Positions 17,068-26,516 of a stretch of 58,911 bases of DNA are shown in pieces. The notes under the pieces are model-generated. The model had not been told where the DNA came from. It was given only the letters and a program-made list of their open reading frames with translations, and did no database searches. Location: positions 1 through 58,911 of the IMG/VR virus record IMGVR_UViG_3300036853_000162. One strand, written 5' to 3'. The DNA is from a virus. Lineage: Duplodnaviria; Caudoviricetes. The position numbers were made by a program, and so were the translations under genes. The stretch's first letter is position 1, and each line of letters opens with the position of its first letter.

Positions 17068-17592
17068 TCACGCTTCGTCGTATGCCATAATAATCGAAGG
17101 AAGCGCAATTGAAGTTCCTGGACCACCAACATAACTGTTGTCCACCGAAAGCACCACGACCACGAGATCGCCGTTCGCGCCTGTGCTGCTCGTTACGTGG
17201 CTCGTGTTGTCCCACTGCTGAGCGCTTGTGGTCATGGCAGTATATCCCGCTGGGGTCGCACCATTCGACCCGCTAGACGCTGGACGGTTGCCGGAAGCGG
17301 CCTGCGCATAGCTCGCCTGCGCCACGTCTTTGAAGAAGAGGCCAAGGCCGGTTGAGGGCGAGCTGCCCATTTTGATGGTGCGGTTTGTCATGGCCGTCGT
17401 CCCGGTCGCGGTGACGTTCAGGACAAGGTTTTTGATCCACGAGAAGACGGTTCCTGTTGCGGTAGGAACGGCGATAGGGGTCGTGGTATCAGAACCCGAA
17501 TCCGCCAAATTGAAAACGATCCCACCTTCCGCATTTGCATAAGAAACCGATGCTCCGGTTCCTAGCTGGGCTTGTACCGTGGCCGCAGACAT
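17068..17592 (-). CDS. Putative virion structural protein
   Basis: AAGGAG RBS; T/S/A/G-rich beta-type composition, C-terminal YDEA. Confidence 0.65.
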   Translation of the reverse strand: MSAATVQAQLGTGASVSYANAEGGIVFNLADSGSDTTTPIAVPTATGTVFSWIKNLVLNVTATGTTAMTNRTIKMGSSPSTGLGLFFKDVAQASYAQAASGNRPASSGSNGATPAGYTAMTTSAQQWDNTSHVTSSTGANGDLVVVVLSVDNSYVGGPGTSIALPSIIMAYDEA

Positions 17593-17612
17593 GTTGTTAC
17601 TCCTTTATTGAT

Positions 17613-19661
17613 CTACTCGAAAAACGTGATATCTCCATTGCGAGCAGTGAGCGTGATCTCACCGCTGCGCATGACAAAGGTGATCCTCCCGCTACGTGCG
17701 GAAAGTGTGATATGGTCGCCTTGCAGAGCAGGTGCCGAGATGGCCGCCGTACAGGGGACGATACGGATGGCTTGCAGGGCCACGACTGCCGTGACCGTGC
17801 GTCTGCTGGTCGTGAGAAGAGCCACTGATGCCGGGACAGTCCGATGGGCCGACTGCAACAGCGCTACGCTGGCCCCGATTGAGCGAACCTCCGTGACCCG
17901 GATAGCGGCGGATTCCGTGACTGTGCGGGTGGATGTAACCAGGAGGCAGGCTGACGTGGCTACGGTCCGGCTCGTGGTCGTTCGCAGCGCAGCGGATTGG
18001 GTCACGGTGCGGGATGCGACTACACGCAGGGCAGCGGTCGCGAGGACCGTGTGTGCAGGCGTTATTTTGATGGCCGCTGTTGCGGTGATGGTTCGCGCGC
18101 TGCTCTCCAGGAGAGCAGCCGACGCCGTGACGGTCCTGGCTTGCGCCACCAGGAGAGCGGCGCTGGTCGAGACGGTGCGGATAGTGGCATTGCTGCTCAA
18201 GGCCACGGTCGCGGGGACGGTTCTCGATTTCGTGACCAGCAATGCTGCTGACGCCGTGACGGTTCTGGTTGCCGTGACCCTCAGCACTGCTGTTGCTCCC
18301 ACCGTACGCGCCTGTGTGGTTAGGAGGGCTACGGTATCGTTCACGGTGAGCTTCGATGTCACGAGCAGCGCCGTTGCCGTCGTGATCGTCCTCGTTGACG
18401 ATGTGGACAGTGCGGCTGATGGGCTCACCGTACGGGGAGTTTGCGTCACCAGCAAGGCGGCGGTAGAGATCACTGTTCGCGCCGATGTGACCCGCAACGC
18501 CGCCGTTGCTGAGGCCGTTCGCGAGGCCGTAACCTTGAGTGCAGTGGTATCGCTGACCGCCCTGGAACTGGTGACGCGCAAAGCCGTAGTAGCCGTGACC
18601 GATCGCGCGGGGGTCGTCAGGAGAGCGGCACTGGCTCCGACCGTGCGGCTCCCGATGATCTTGATGGCAGCGGTATCCGTCACGGTCCTGCTCTTTGTTT
18701 GCAGGAGAGCAGCGGTTGCGCTGACCGTACGCGCCGCAGTTACTCGCAATGCCGTCGTGTCGGCGACAGTCCTTGTGCTGGTGGTCTTGAGTGCTGCTGT
18801 CGCGCTTACCGTACGTGATTTCGTGACCTTGATGGCAGCGGTATCCGTCACCGTACGTGATTTGGTCACGAGGAGAGCTACTGTCGCGCTGGCCGTCCGG
18901 GATGATGTGACCTTGAGAGCGGATGTGGTTGTAACCGTGCGTGAAGCGGTCACACGAAGCGCCGCTGTTGCGGTGACGGTGCGTGTTTTTGTGGTGAGCA
19001 GAGCTGCCGTGGCTGTCACTGTCCGAGTGCTGGTCGTCACACTCGGCGCATAGCCGGGAGTCACCACCTGCGCATTGGGATCGCCTGTAAGCCCGCTCGT
19101 GTCGGTGCTGAAACGGTTGATGCGGACGGCATTCGCGCCGCCCGTGACACTCGTGATATTGAGCCATACATCAATGTACAGCTTATCGCCACTGGCGAAG
19201 CTGGTTGCAGAGCCAGATGTGGCTGGCAAGTTGAATGTCGTGGCCGTCGAAGTGATCGTCTGCGCGGTCGCCGTCGCCGTCATGATGGTCGTGTAGACGC
19301 CCCCGCTGGTCCGCTTTGATGCCCGGCAGATGATGTCACAGACAATGGTCCCGGCAGGGCTCCCGCCGAGCATACTCGTGAAGCGCACGCTCGGCGTCCA
19401 GTTCCCCGCAGCGATCGTTTGTGCCTCAAGCGTCGTCACGTCCCAGAGGAAACCATTGCCTGATTGCGCGCCAATAGAACCGCCAGCAGCCCATCCGGTA
19501 TGATTGGTATTGTAGACTTCGCCAAACCCGGTTGAGGTGCTAAAAGTGGTGGCGTAGAACGGATAGCCCGAGTTCGCTGATCCCACAATGGAATACAGCT
19601 TCTTTGCGGTGCCAAGCGTGGTGCTTGCCGCGTCTGCGAGTAATACCGTCAACGCTGTCAT
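17613..19661 (-). CDS. Repeat-rich putative fibre or appendage protein (about 31 x 14-aa repeats)
   Basis: Repeat [KAS]SRTV[TS][AD]TAAL[KLR]VT after an N-terminal globular domain. Confidence 0.8.
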   Translation of the reverse strand: MTALTVLLADAASTTLGTAKKLYSIVGSANSGYPFYATTFSTSTGFGEVYNTNHTGWAAGGSIGAQSGNGFLWDVTTLEAQTIAAGNWTPSVRFTSMLGGSPAGTIVCDIICRASKRTSGGVYTTIMTATATAQTITSTATTFNLPATSGSATSFASGDKLYIDVWLNITSVTGGANAVRINRFSTDTSGLTGDPNAQVVTPGYAPSVTTSTRTVTATAALLTTKTRTVTATAALRVTASRTVTTTSALKVTSSRTASATVALLVTKSRTVTDTAAIKVTKSRTVSATAALKTTSTRTVADTTALRVTAARTVSATAALLQTKSRTVTDTAAIKIIGSRTVGASAALLTTPARSVTATTALRVTSSRAVSDTTALKVTASRTASATAALRVTSARTVISTAALLVTQTPRTVSPSAALSTSSTRTITTATALLVTSKLTVNDTVALLTTQARTVGATAVLRVTATRTVTASAALLVTKSRTVPATVALSSNATIRTVSTSAALLVAQARTVTASAALLESSARTITATAAIKITPAHTVLATAALRVVASRTVTQSAALRTTTSRTVATSACLLVTSTRTVTESAAIRVTEVRSIGASVALLQSAHRTVPASVALLTTSRRTVTAVVALQAIRIVPCTAAISAPALQGDHITLSARSGRITFVMRSGEITLTARNGDITFFE

Positions 19662-19669
19662 TCAATCAC

Positions 19670-20707
19670 CTAAAGTTTCTTCACCGCCGCGACCGCCTGC
19701 GCTGTTGCGAGAGCCACCGCTTTGGCCACCGCATCAGGGATGGCATCGATGGCGGCGAGCAGCGCTGTGGTGTCCACGGGGCCGGGAGTTGGTAATGCTG
19801 CTAATTTTGCCTTCAAATCGGCGATCTCCGCGCGTGCCTTGGCGAGCTCCTGACCGACCCAGGCATCAAAGACGCCGCGATCCTTCGTGTATTCGAGGAG
19901 CGCCCATCGGAAAAGCTGGAACGAGCCGCCGCCCAAGCCAGGATTGGCGTCCTCCAATGGCGTACGCATCGCTTCTTTTGCGAGCGGCCAATTGCCTGCT
20001 GGCCATCCGCCGGGGAAGTTGAGTACGTGATCACGAAAGCCGTGTACGACAGGGACACCATTGGGTGCGGTAAGGGTTGAGTTGGCGTCATGCCAGCCAG
20101 ATGGGATAATCATAGAGCCTACTCCTGGGAGCCATTGGCCGAAGTCGACCTTTAGCGAGCGATTATAATCGACATCAGCGCCCGCCAGCGTGACGCCGTT
20201 TTGGTATTGCTGGATGTGGGCACGAGGCTCCCATGCACCGCCGGACCACGCATAGGTCTGCCACCCCCACGAGATCGCGCCAGCGTCAAACAAGCCCTTG
20301 ATCAGCGCATACGAGCCGTACGCGCCGACGCGATGCGAACCCAGGACCGAAGCGACACCATGGAAGTAGTCGATGATGGCCGGTGTCGCGCCCGTGTCGA
20401 AATCTACACTGAAGTAGATCGGGCGATCCGCCGGTCCTCCGGCTGCGGCATGTTGCGCGGTGGCTATCTTCGCGTCCTGAATGCCGGATGCTGCGCCCTC
20501 GTTCGCCCGGTCTGCGTACCACTCGTAATTCGAGACAATGGCGAGACCTGCCTTGCCGAGCGCCATTGCCTCCAATGGCTGAAGCAACTTCACCTGGGTC
20601 AGATCGTTGACGAAGCTCAGGTAGCGGCATACGAATGAGACCGGCGGATTGTGCGCCAGCATGGCGGCGATAGGTGGCCCGGTGACGTAGTCGAGACCAA
20701 AGGTCAT
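19670..20707 (-). CDS. Endolysin, DUF1906/GH25-like glycoside hydrolase with C-terminal domain
   Basis: FVCRYLS, PIYFSVDFD, VGAYG, WQTYAWSGG, QYQNG, DVDYN. Confidence 0.88.
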   Translation of the reverse strand: MTFGLDYVTGPPIAAMLAHNPPVSFVCRYLSFVNDLTQVKLLQPLEAMALGKAGLAIVSNYEWYADRANEGAASGIQDAKIATAQHAAAGGPADRPIYFSVDFDTGATPAIIDYFHGVASVLGSHRVGAYGSYALIKGLFDAGAISWGWQTYAWSGGAWEPRAHIQQYQNGVTLAGADVDYNRSLKVDFGQWLPGVGSMIIPSGWHDANSTLTAPNGVPVVHGFRDHVLNFPGGWPAGNWPLAKEAMRTPLEDANPGLGGGSFQLFRWALLEYTKDRGVFDAWVGQELAKARAEIADLKAKLAALPTPGPVDTTALLAAIDAIPDAVAKAVALATAQAVAAVKKL

Positions 20708-20716
20708 ATAATCCTC

Positions 20717-20896
20717 CTATCCGTGAATGAGCATCTGTGCAAGAAACACGATATCCAGCACCACGGCAATGATGGTCAGAATGATCATGATCACCCGGAA
20801 CACGCTGCTCCTCGTGCCGGTGTACGTGCCCGTGGCTGGCCAGAGGATGATGATCATAAGGTTGAGTATAGCCAGAAAGTTAAAGTTGAGTAGCAT
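20717..20896 (-). CDS. Small two-TM holin-like protein (59 aa, below the ORF-track cutoff)
   Basis: AAGGAGG RBS; MLLNFNFLAILNLMIIILWP...VIMIILTIIAVVLDIVFLAQM; directly upstream of the endolysin. Confidence 0.7.
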   Translation of the reverse strand: MLLNFNFLAILNLMIIILWPATGTYTGTRSSVFRVIMIILTIIAVVLDIVFLAQMLIHG

Positions 20897-20905
20897 AATG
20901 CCTCC

Positions 20906-21508
20906 TTATTTGACGAAATGAAAGACCAGAGCAAGCGCCAGACCAGCCGCCGCCACGAAGTAGCCCCACAGATCACGAGTGCCTGTTTTTGTGCCACCTG
21001 CTTCGCTACGTGACTCACGTAGGCTAACCACCTGTGTTGTCAGTGATTCGATATCCTTTTCAAGAGCGGCTTTCTGACTATCCAATCTATTTTCATAGTT
21101 GGTCTGCATAGCGAGGAATCTCTGATTCACCGCCTCGAATAACCCCAGCGTTTCTGGTCTGGGCATTGTCTCTTTGCCCTGTAGTTCCATTTTTCGACTG
21201 AGATCATTGTGTACGACGTTATATGCCCGTTGTGCCTCCTCGGCTTTGCCGATAGCTTCTTTCGATGCGGCAAAAGCAGCCTCCATTGCTGCCTTCTGCG
21301 CGTCAAATGCGGCTCCTACGGCAACCTCGGCAGCCCGAAACTGGATTCCATATTGCCTATCTCGCTCATCAATGACGATGCGCAATTGATCAATGCGCTG
21401 ATTGGTGTTGCTGTCAGAGAGCGTCATCTGCATGGTGACGTACTCCTGCAACTGTGCGGTGCTCGTTTCCTGGTGCGGCGGTGACCGCTGTGGTCTGAAT
21501 ACGCTCAT
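20906..21508 (-). CDS. Coiled-coil protein with C-terminal TM anchor (lysis cassette)
   Basis: Helical coiled coil ending in YFVAAAGLALALVFHF. Confidence 0.7.
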   Translation of the reverse strand: MSVFRPQRSPPHQETSTAQLQEYVTMQMTLSDSNTNQRIDQLRIVIDERDRQYGIQFRAAEVAVGAAFDAQKAAMEAAFAASKEAIGKAEEAQRAYNVVHNDLSRKMELQGKETMPRPETLGLFEAVNQRFLAMQTNYENRLDSQKAALEKDIESLTTQVVSLRESRSEAGGTKTGTRDLWGYFVAAAGLALALVFHFVK

Positions 21509-21534
21509 ATTGACACCCCTAGAGCCTGCATGTA

Positions 21535-22119
21535 CTAAATCCCCACAAGCTCGAAGAAGCCCGTGTGTCCTGCCGTCCCGCCGCTCGTCCATTGGACCGT
21601 GTCGAACGCGGTCGGGCATTCCCCAAACGAATAGGATTTGAGGTATGACGAGCTGGACACGGTGCCTGCGCTGACTGACAATGCGGTGATAATATTGAGA
21701 GCCTGCGTAATTCCGCCTGCCAGGAGTGAGATCCCATCTCCTGCGTCATTGACGTTGCCGCTACGAATGAGTGCGCCAGCAGTAAACGGGACAGGGATCG
21801 CAATACTTTGGTTCGATCCGCCTGTACGAAAATTCGAACAATAGACCAGTACATGTTTATATGTGCCTTGCATAACCTGATAGAGCTTTGCCGTTCCACT
21901 TGTGCCGCCGTTAATTGAGTGACTCGCCGGGTTGGGTGCAATAGGGCCGTTGACAATAAGACCGAGTGCGGTGATGGTGCCACCCACCGCACTGATATTC
22001 GCGTCTGTAACGATCGGGCTGTCAATCTGATCGAGAAAGCTCTCGATATTGTTCAGGAAGGTACTGCTGATCCCCGGCGAATTATTATTCGTGAAGGGAC
22101 CGACGTTGCTGTAAGTCAC
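21535..22119 (-). CDS. Minor tail or receptor-binding protein (start approximate)
   Basis: PGISSTFLNNIE N-terminal motif; follows the tail gene. Confidence 0.6.
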   Translation of the reverse strand: MTYSNVGPFTNNNSPGISSTFLNNIESFLDQIDSPIVTDANISAVGGTITALGLIVNGPIAPNPASHSINGGTSGTAKLYQVMQGTYKHVLVYCSNFRTGGSNQSIAIPVPFTAGALIRSGNVNDAGDGISLLAGGITQALNIITALSVSAGTVSSSSYLKSYSFGECPTAFDTVQWTSGGTAGHTGFFELVGI

Positions 22120-22150
22120 AAAAACGATAGCACACCTCTCATTCTCTGTA

Positions 22151-23566
22151 TCATCCAGGAAAAAGCGTGGTTGACGGGTATAGCGTGGTTGACGGATACA
22201 ACGGCACATCCAGCGATATGCCTAAATTGATTGAGTTCGCAACAGTAGCAGGTGCCAGGATATTACCAAAGTAGTCCGTCCAGTTGGTATCGTAAGGTCC
22301 GGTGACGGCATAGATGGTAAACCACAGGCCGAGGCTCCCCTGCTGATCAGTTGCGTCCACCTCCGAAATGAGCATCTGCGTAGATGAGAAGCCATGCGGC
22401 GCGTATGTGACCGGGATAAGCTGGCCTGCCTGGTAACTAGGATCTTGTGTCGCGAACTTGAAAAGCGAGCCAGACATACTGTACTGGGTCAACTGCTGAT
22501 GGACCTTAGCCAGTCCATCAGCCGCTGTCGCAATCGTGTTATCAGTCAGCACCGATTCCACAATCCCACTCGTGCCATCAATAGCCGCCTGCGCGGTGAT
22601 CTGGGCCGCATTGGACGCGCTAAAGATCGCGGGTGTCTGTCCGGTATACACTACTTTTAACAGATCGTTGCTCGGCGCCCCCCGTAGTTTGGTCCCACTG
22701 CTGTCCTGCGTCACGACCGGATCGCCTTGCGCCCAATACCATTGATAGCCAGTTTGGCCCTTCAGTCCTACCGTTTGAGAGACATAGCCAGAGCCGATGT
22801 TAATCGTGATCGTGGGAGCTAGAGCCAGAGGGAAGCCCATCGAGAACGATTGCGTGTTGCCATCCCCTACGTGTATTTCAGTTAATACACTCGTTTGCTG
22901 CACCCCACCGATCGCGTACTGTGTATTGCGGTAGAGCGGATTGGCGCGGGTCACGCTCGGGATAACGCCGGACAGACGCCCATCGTCTATCATGGTGCCG
23001 TCAACCGCCGCGCCCGGAATGGCCGTATAGGGCACAAACCAGATGGCCTTGTTGCAGTCGATCATCCAGTAATACAGCGTGCCACTTGAGGAAGCCGCCG
23101 CCACGATCGCATCCAAGGCAGAGGCCACGGTGGTATACCCAAAGTTGGCAAACGGCACGACAGGGCCAGGGGCAACGGTCCCGATGGTCACGCCTTCAGC
23201 AGCCAGGATGGTGGTCACGATGTCCTGGACCATGTAGCCACAGGTCCGGTTGCGATAGACCGCCGCGATCACCCGCTTATCCGCAAGATAATGCTGATCG
23301 GTCGCGGTCAGCGAGGTTTCAAGCGTCGCGCTAAAGCCGGGCTTACTCTCAACCGGGCTGGTGAGATAGCCCGACCAGATGAGCGTCGCCGCCTGATCGA
23401 AAATCGCACATTGCTGATACTGTTGCCAGTGATTCGTCCCCAACGGATCGACCACACGTGCCCTGAGTTCCCCGCGCCTGCCGATGGTGCTCTTCGCACT
23501 CATAGAAGTCGATTCCACCGTGACGGGATTCCCGCCGATTGTCATGGAATAGGAAGTAAATGTCAT
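22151..23566 (-). CDS. Tail tip/hub protein
   Basis: GGAGG RBS; directly after the tape measure gene; beta-rich. Confidence 0.7.
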   Translation of the reverse strand: MTFTSYSMTIGGNPVTVESTSMSAKSTIGRRGELRARVVDPLGTNHWQQYQQCAIFDQAATLIWSGYLTSPVESKPGFSATLETSLTATDQHYLADKRVIAAVYRNRTCGYMVQDIVTTILAAEGVTIGTVAPGPVVPFANFGYTTVASALDAIVAAASSSGTLYYWMIDCNKAIWFVPYTAIPGAAVDGTMIDDGRLSGVIPSVTRANPLYRNTQYAIGGVQQTSVLTEIHVGDGNTQSFSMGFPLALAPTITINIGSGYVSQTVGLKGQTGYQWYWAQGDPVVTQDSSGTKLRGAPSNDLLKVVYTGQTPAIFSASNAAQITAQAAIDGTSGIVESVLTDNTIATAADGLAKVHQQLTQYSMSGSLFKFATQDPSYQAGQLIPVTYAPHGFSSTQMLISEVDATDQQGSLGLWFTIYAVTGPYDTNWTDYFGNILAPATVANSINLGISLDVPLYPSTTLYPSTTLFPG

Positions 23567-23567
23567 A

Positions 23568-25976
23568 TTACCTCCCAAACCCGCCAGAAACGTTGTAAAC
23601 CAACGCATCAGTGATATAGGGCAACAGTCCCCGTGACAGCCGCACACCGTCAAGGCTGATGTCGTTTGGCTGCACGTTGATCACAATCGTCGGGCTCGCC
23701 CCTGCTGAGGGCGCAAGAGAGCCGCCGAAAGGCATGGTCAGGCCACCCGATGGCAGGACCGGCGTGAGCATCATGTTCAGGCTCGATTGTAGTTTCGGTA
23801 TCCCGGCGGTCATGCCCTTTGCGATCTCTCCTGGGATATTGGCTCCGGCCTGAGCCAGTGTTACCAGCGGCCCTATCTTCGCCGGGCTATGGGGCAAGTG
23901 GTCTGAGATGAATTGCCCCACCTGCCCCATAGCATTTCCGATGGCCGATTCGATCGTGTTGAGGATGCCATTCGCGATCGCGGTCACGATATTGGCTCCA
24001 GCCTGGGCTGCATCACTGATCATCCCCCCGAGCACGTCCAGTATCTTGGTTGTCGCGTTCTGCATAGCCGTCCCGGCTCGGCTGGCCAGATTATTGAGCG
24101 AGTTAAACAGGCCAGACACAAAATTTCCTGCCCACGTCAGCCCTTGCGCCGCCAATCCGCCGAGTTTGGTGAGCACCGACGTGACCATATTGACGATGGC
24201 CGCGCCCGCACGCCCTGGTAGTTGCTGGAACCACGTTACTATCCCGTTGATCATATCTGGCACGATAGAGCCGCCCACGAGCCGGTGATAGAGGCCCGTG
24301 AAAAAGCCGACGATGCCCTGCACGAATCCCCCGACGATACCCGATATCAGCCCCCATGCGGCCTGGAATATGCCAGAAATGACCTTCCATGCCCCGGAAA
24401 AAATGTTAATGATGCCCTGCCAGATCAGGCCCAGATCCGAGCTCAGTTTGTTAAAGCGTCCGTGTATCAGGTCGTCAATAAACTGAACAACCCCTGAAAC
24501 CACCTGAGTTATCCCGGTGAACATCTGTATCACGCCTGAGATCACGCGCGCCAGGCCCTCAATAAAGTAACCCAGGCCCTTTGCGACCCCGGAAATAACC
24601 CCAATGAGCACACCGAGCGCGACGACTACGACCCCGCCGACGATGATGCCAAGCAGTTGGAAAAGCGGTGTCAGCTGCTGGAGGGCAGGCTGGAGCTGCT
24701 TGAAGATGGGCAAGAGTTCTGAGTTCCACAGGTCCACGAGTTGCGCCCACACCGGCACGAACACGCTCGCGATAAACGCGCCGAGTTGTTGCAGGACCGG
24801 CCACACATAGGCTTTGATCCAATCCCCAATCATTTTCATGGCTGGCAGAAAATTGGCATTGATAAAACCCGCAGCCGCCTTGAATCCACCAACAACCCCA
24901 TCAATAAATGAGCGAAAACCGGCATTGTTGTTGTAGAGGGCCATGAATCCAGCCGTGAGCAGGCCGACCGCGAGTGCAATCCCCGCGATAATGAGCACGA
25001 TGGGATTAGCCAGCAACGCCGCCGTGAAGGACCAGACCGCGCCAACCAGGAGCGTCCCGATCACCACGCTCAGGCCAGCCAGGATGGGAATGGCATTCGC
25101 CCGGATAAAGCTCCCGAACTGCATAAGCGCGGGAAGACCGGTTGAGGTGAACCACGCGCTGAATCGGCTGAAGGCAGGGACCAGATTGGCCGAGACCCAC
25201 GAGGTGAGTTGCTTCATCACAGGCATGAGCGCGTCACCGATGGATTGTCTGATATCATCCAGACTCTGCCCTAAAATCTTGAGTTGGCCGGGGAAGGTGC
25301 GGCCAGCGGCGGCGGCTGACCCGCCAAATTCGGTTTGGAGCTCCTTCAAGATGACCTTTTGTGCCCCGGCGACGTTGCCACTATCCACCAGCGACTTGAT
25401 CAGGTCTTTCTGTGCCTGCGTGAAGGTCACACCAACGCGTTGGAGGGCGGTCACACCCTTGATCGGATCGTTTAACGCCTTGCCGAGTTGGATGGCAGAG
25501 CTTTTTGTATCCTGACCCAATGCCTGCGACATGTCCAAAACCGTCTTTGTGGCCTGCGGGAAGACGTTCTTGCCAATGTTTGTAAAGGTCAACAACATGT
25601 TTTCAGCGGCCTGGACAGTATCATCACTGAACAGGGTTAGATGGCTCATTTGTGTTGCCAGATCAGCCACCGCTTGCGCAGTCATGCCAGAGGCGTCATG
25701 TGTGGAGTGAAGTACAGATACGGTTTGGGCCATGCCTGCCGCCGCGCTCAGGCTTTCAGTGAAAATCTTGCCGACCTGATCTTTGAGGAAGCCAAACGCA
25801 TCTGAGGCGAGGTTCGCAATGCCGATTGCCCCGGCGAAGGACATAGCACCGCCGAGCATCCCTTTAAAGCCACCTTTGGTCTCTTCTGTGGCCTTATTGA
25901 CGCCTTGCAGTTGGCTCTGTGCGGTTGATGCACCAACTATTCTTACCTCACCAACCAGTGAGCTTATCGTCGGCAA
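23568..25976 (-). CDS. Tape measure protein
   Basis: 802 aa; AIQLGKALNDPIKGVTALQRVGV, W/F-periodic repeats, PHSPAKIGPL. Confidence 0.92.
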   Translation of the reverse strand: MPTISSLVGEVRIVGASTAQSQLQGVNKATEETKGGFKGMLGGAMSFAGAIGIANLASDAFGFLKDQVGKIFTESLSAAAGMAQTVSVLHSTHDASGMTAQAVADLATQMSHLTLFSDDTVQAAENMLLTFTNIGKNVFPQATKTVLDMSQALGQDTKSSAIQLGKALNDPIKGVTALQRVGVTFTQAQKDLIKSLVDSGNVAGAQKVILKELQTEFGGSAAAAGRTFPGQLKILGQSLDDIRQSIGDALMPVMKQLTSWVSANLVPAFSRFSAWFTSTGLPALMQFGSFIRANAIPILAGLSVVIGTLLVGAVWSFTAALLANPIVLIIAGIALAVGLLTAGFMALYNNNAGFRSFIDGVVGGFKAAAGFINANFLPAMKMIGDWIKAYVWPVLQQLGAFIASVFVPVWAQLVDLWNSELLPIFKQLQPALQQLTPLFQLLGIIVGGVVVVALGVLIGVISGVAKGLGYFIEGLARVISGVIQMFTGITQVVSGVVQFIDDLIHGRFNKLSSDLGLIWQGIINIFSGAWKVISGIFQAAWGLISGIVGGFVQGIVGFFTGLYHRLVGGSIVPDMINGIVTWFQQLPGRAGAAIVNMVTSVLTKLGGLAAQGLTWAGNFVSGLFNSLNNLASRAGTAMQNATTKILDVLGGMISDAAQAGANIVTAIANGILNTIESAIGNAMGQVGQFISDHLPHSPAKIGPLVTLAQAGANIPGEIAKGMTAGIPKLQSSLNMMLTPVLPSGGLTMPFGGSLAPSAGASPTIVINVQPNDISLDGVRLSRGLLPYITDALVYNVSGGFGR

Positions 25977-25979
25977 TGG

Positions 25980-26183
25980 CTATTTCCTCTGAGAATCCCT
26001 GATTTTCTGTGCCTTGTTTTCGGCCACAATGGCCTTGAGCGCCTTATCCTGATACCAGATCGAATGCCCTAGCACCTCCCATGGAGCCACCCCTAGATAC
26101 TTCGCTGCCTGAAACACTGCGTACCAGTCCGGGCAAACGCCGGTAAATCCGTCCGTTGCGAGATAGCGCCTCAGCCCCTTTTC
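25980..26183 (-). CDS. Tail assembly chaperone -1 frameshift extension (GT)
   Basis: -1 frame after GAAAAGGGG is open (GLRRYLATDG...AAKYLGVAPWE...QRK) to the TAG just before the tape measure start; no own RBS/start evident. Confidence 0.7.
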   Translation of the reverse strand, partial: EKGLRRYLATDGFTGVCPDWYAVFQAAKYLGVAPWEVLGHSIWYQDKALKAIVAENKAQKIRDSQRK

Positions 26184-26509
26184 TTCGTCTTCGTCTGAGG
26201 CGCTTCCGCTTCCGGGCGCATATCGTTGACCATGGCGTAAAACACGCCCATCAGGAACGGCAGGCCGATTTCCCCGAAGCGCTCAACCTCCAGTGGGAAC
26301 ATGGTCACGTCGTCGTCTTCGGTCAGATCCCAGGAGGCCAGGACGCCGACGAGAAAGCGGCCCATGGTCTCCATGTCTTCGTTGGCTTCCACCTCCGCAA
26401 TGAGGTTTCCGGTCATCTTGCCGGGATAGTATTCGATGTGGAACGTCAGGTCTCCCCACGCGAAGGTGATAGAGGCTTTGTTCGCGGCAACTTGGCTCAG
26501 TGTTGGCAT
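26171..26509 (-). CDS. Tail assembly chaperone (G)
   Basis: Between the tail tube and tape measure genes; VLASWDLT motif. Confidence 0.8.
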   Translation of the reverse strand: MPTLSQVAANKASITFAWGDLTFHIEYYPGKMTGNLIAEVEANEDMETMGRFLVGVLASWDLTEDDDVTMFPLEVERFGEIGLPFLMGVFYAMVNDMRPEAEAPQTKTKKRG

Positions 26510-26516
26510 ACGACTC

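Noticed and set aside
17572-19167. Long alternative-frame ORFs (493 aa plus strand, 491 aa minus strand) over the repeat gene
   Set aside because: Expected shadows of a GC-rich Thr/Ala/Val/Arg repeat that avoids stops in other frames; no RBS or operon context
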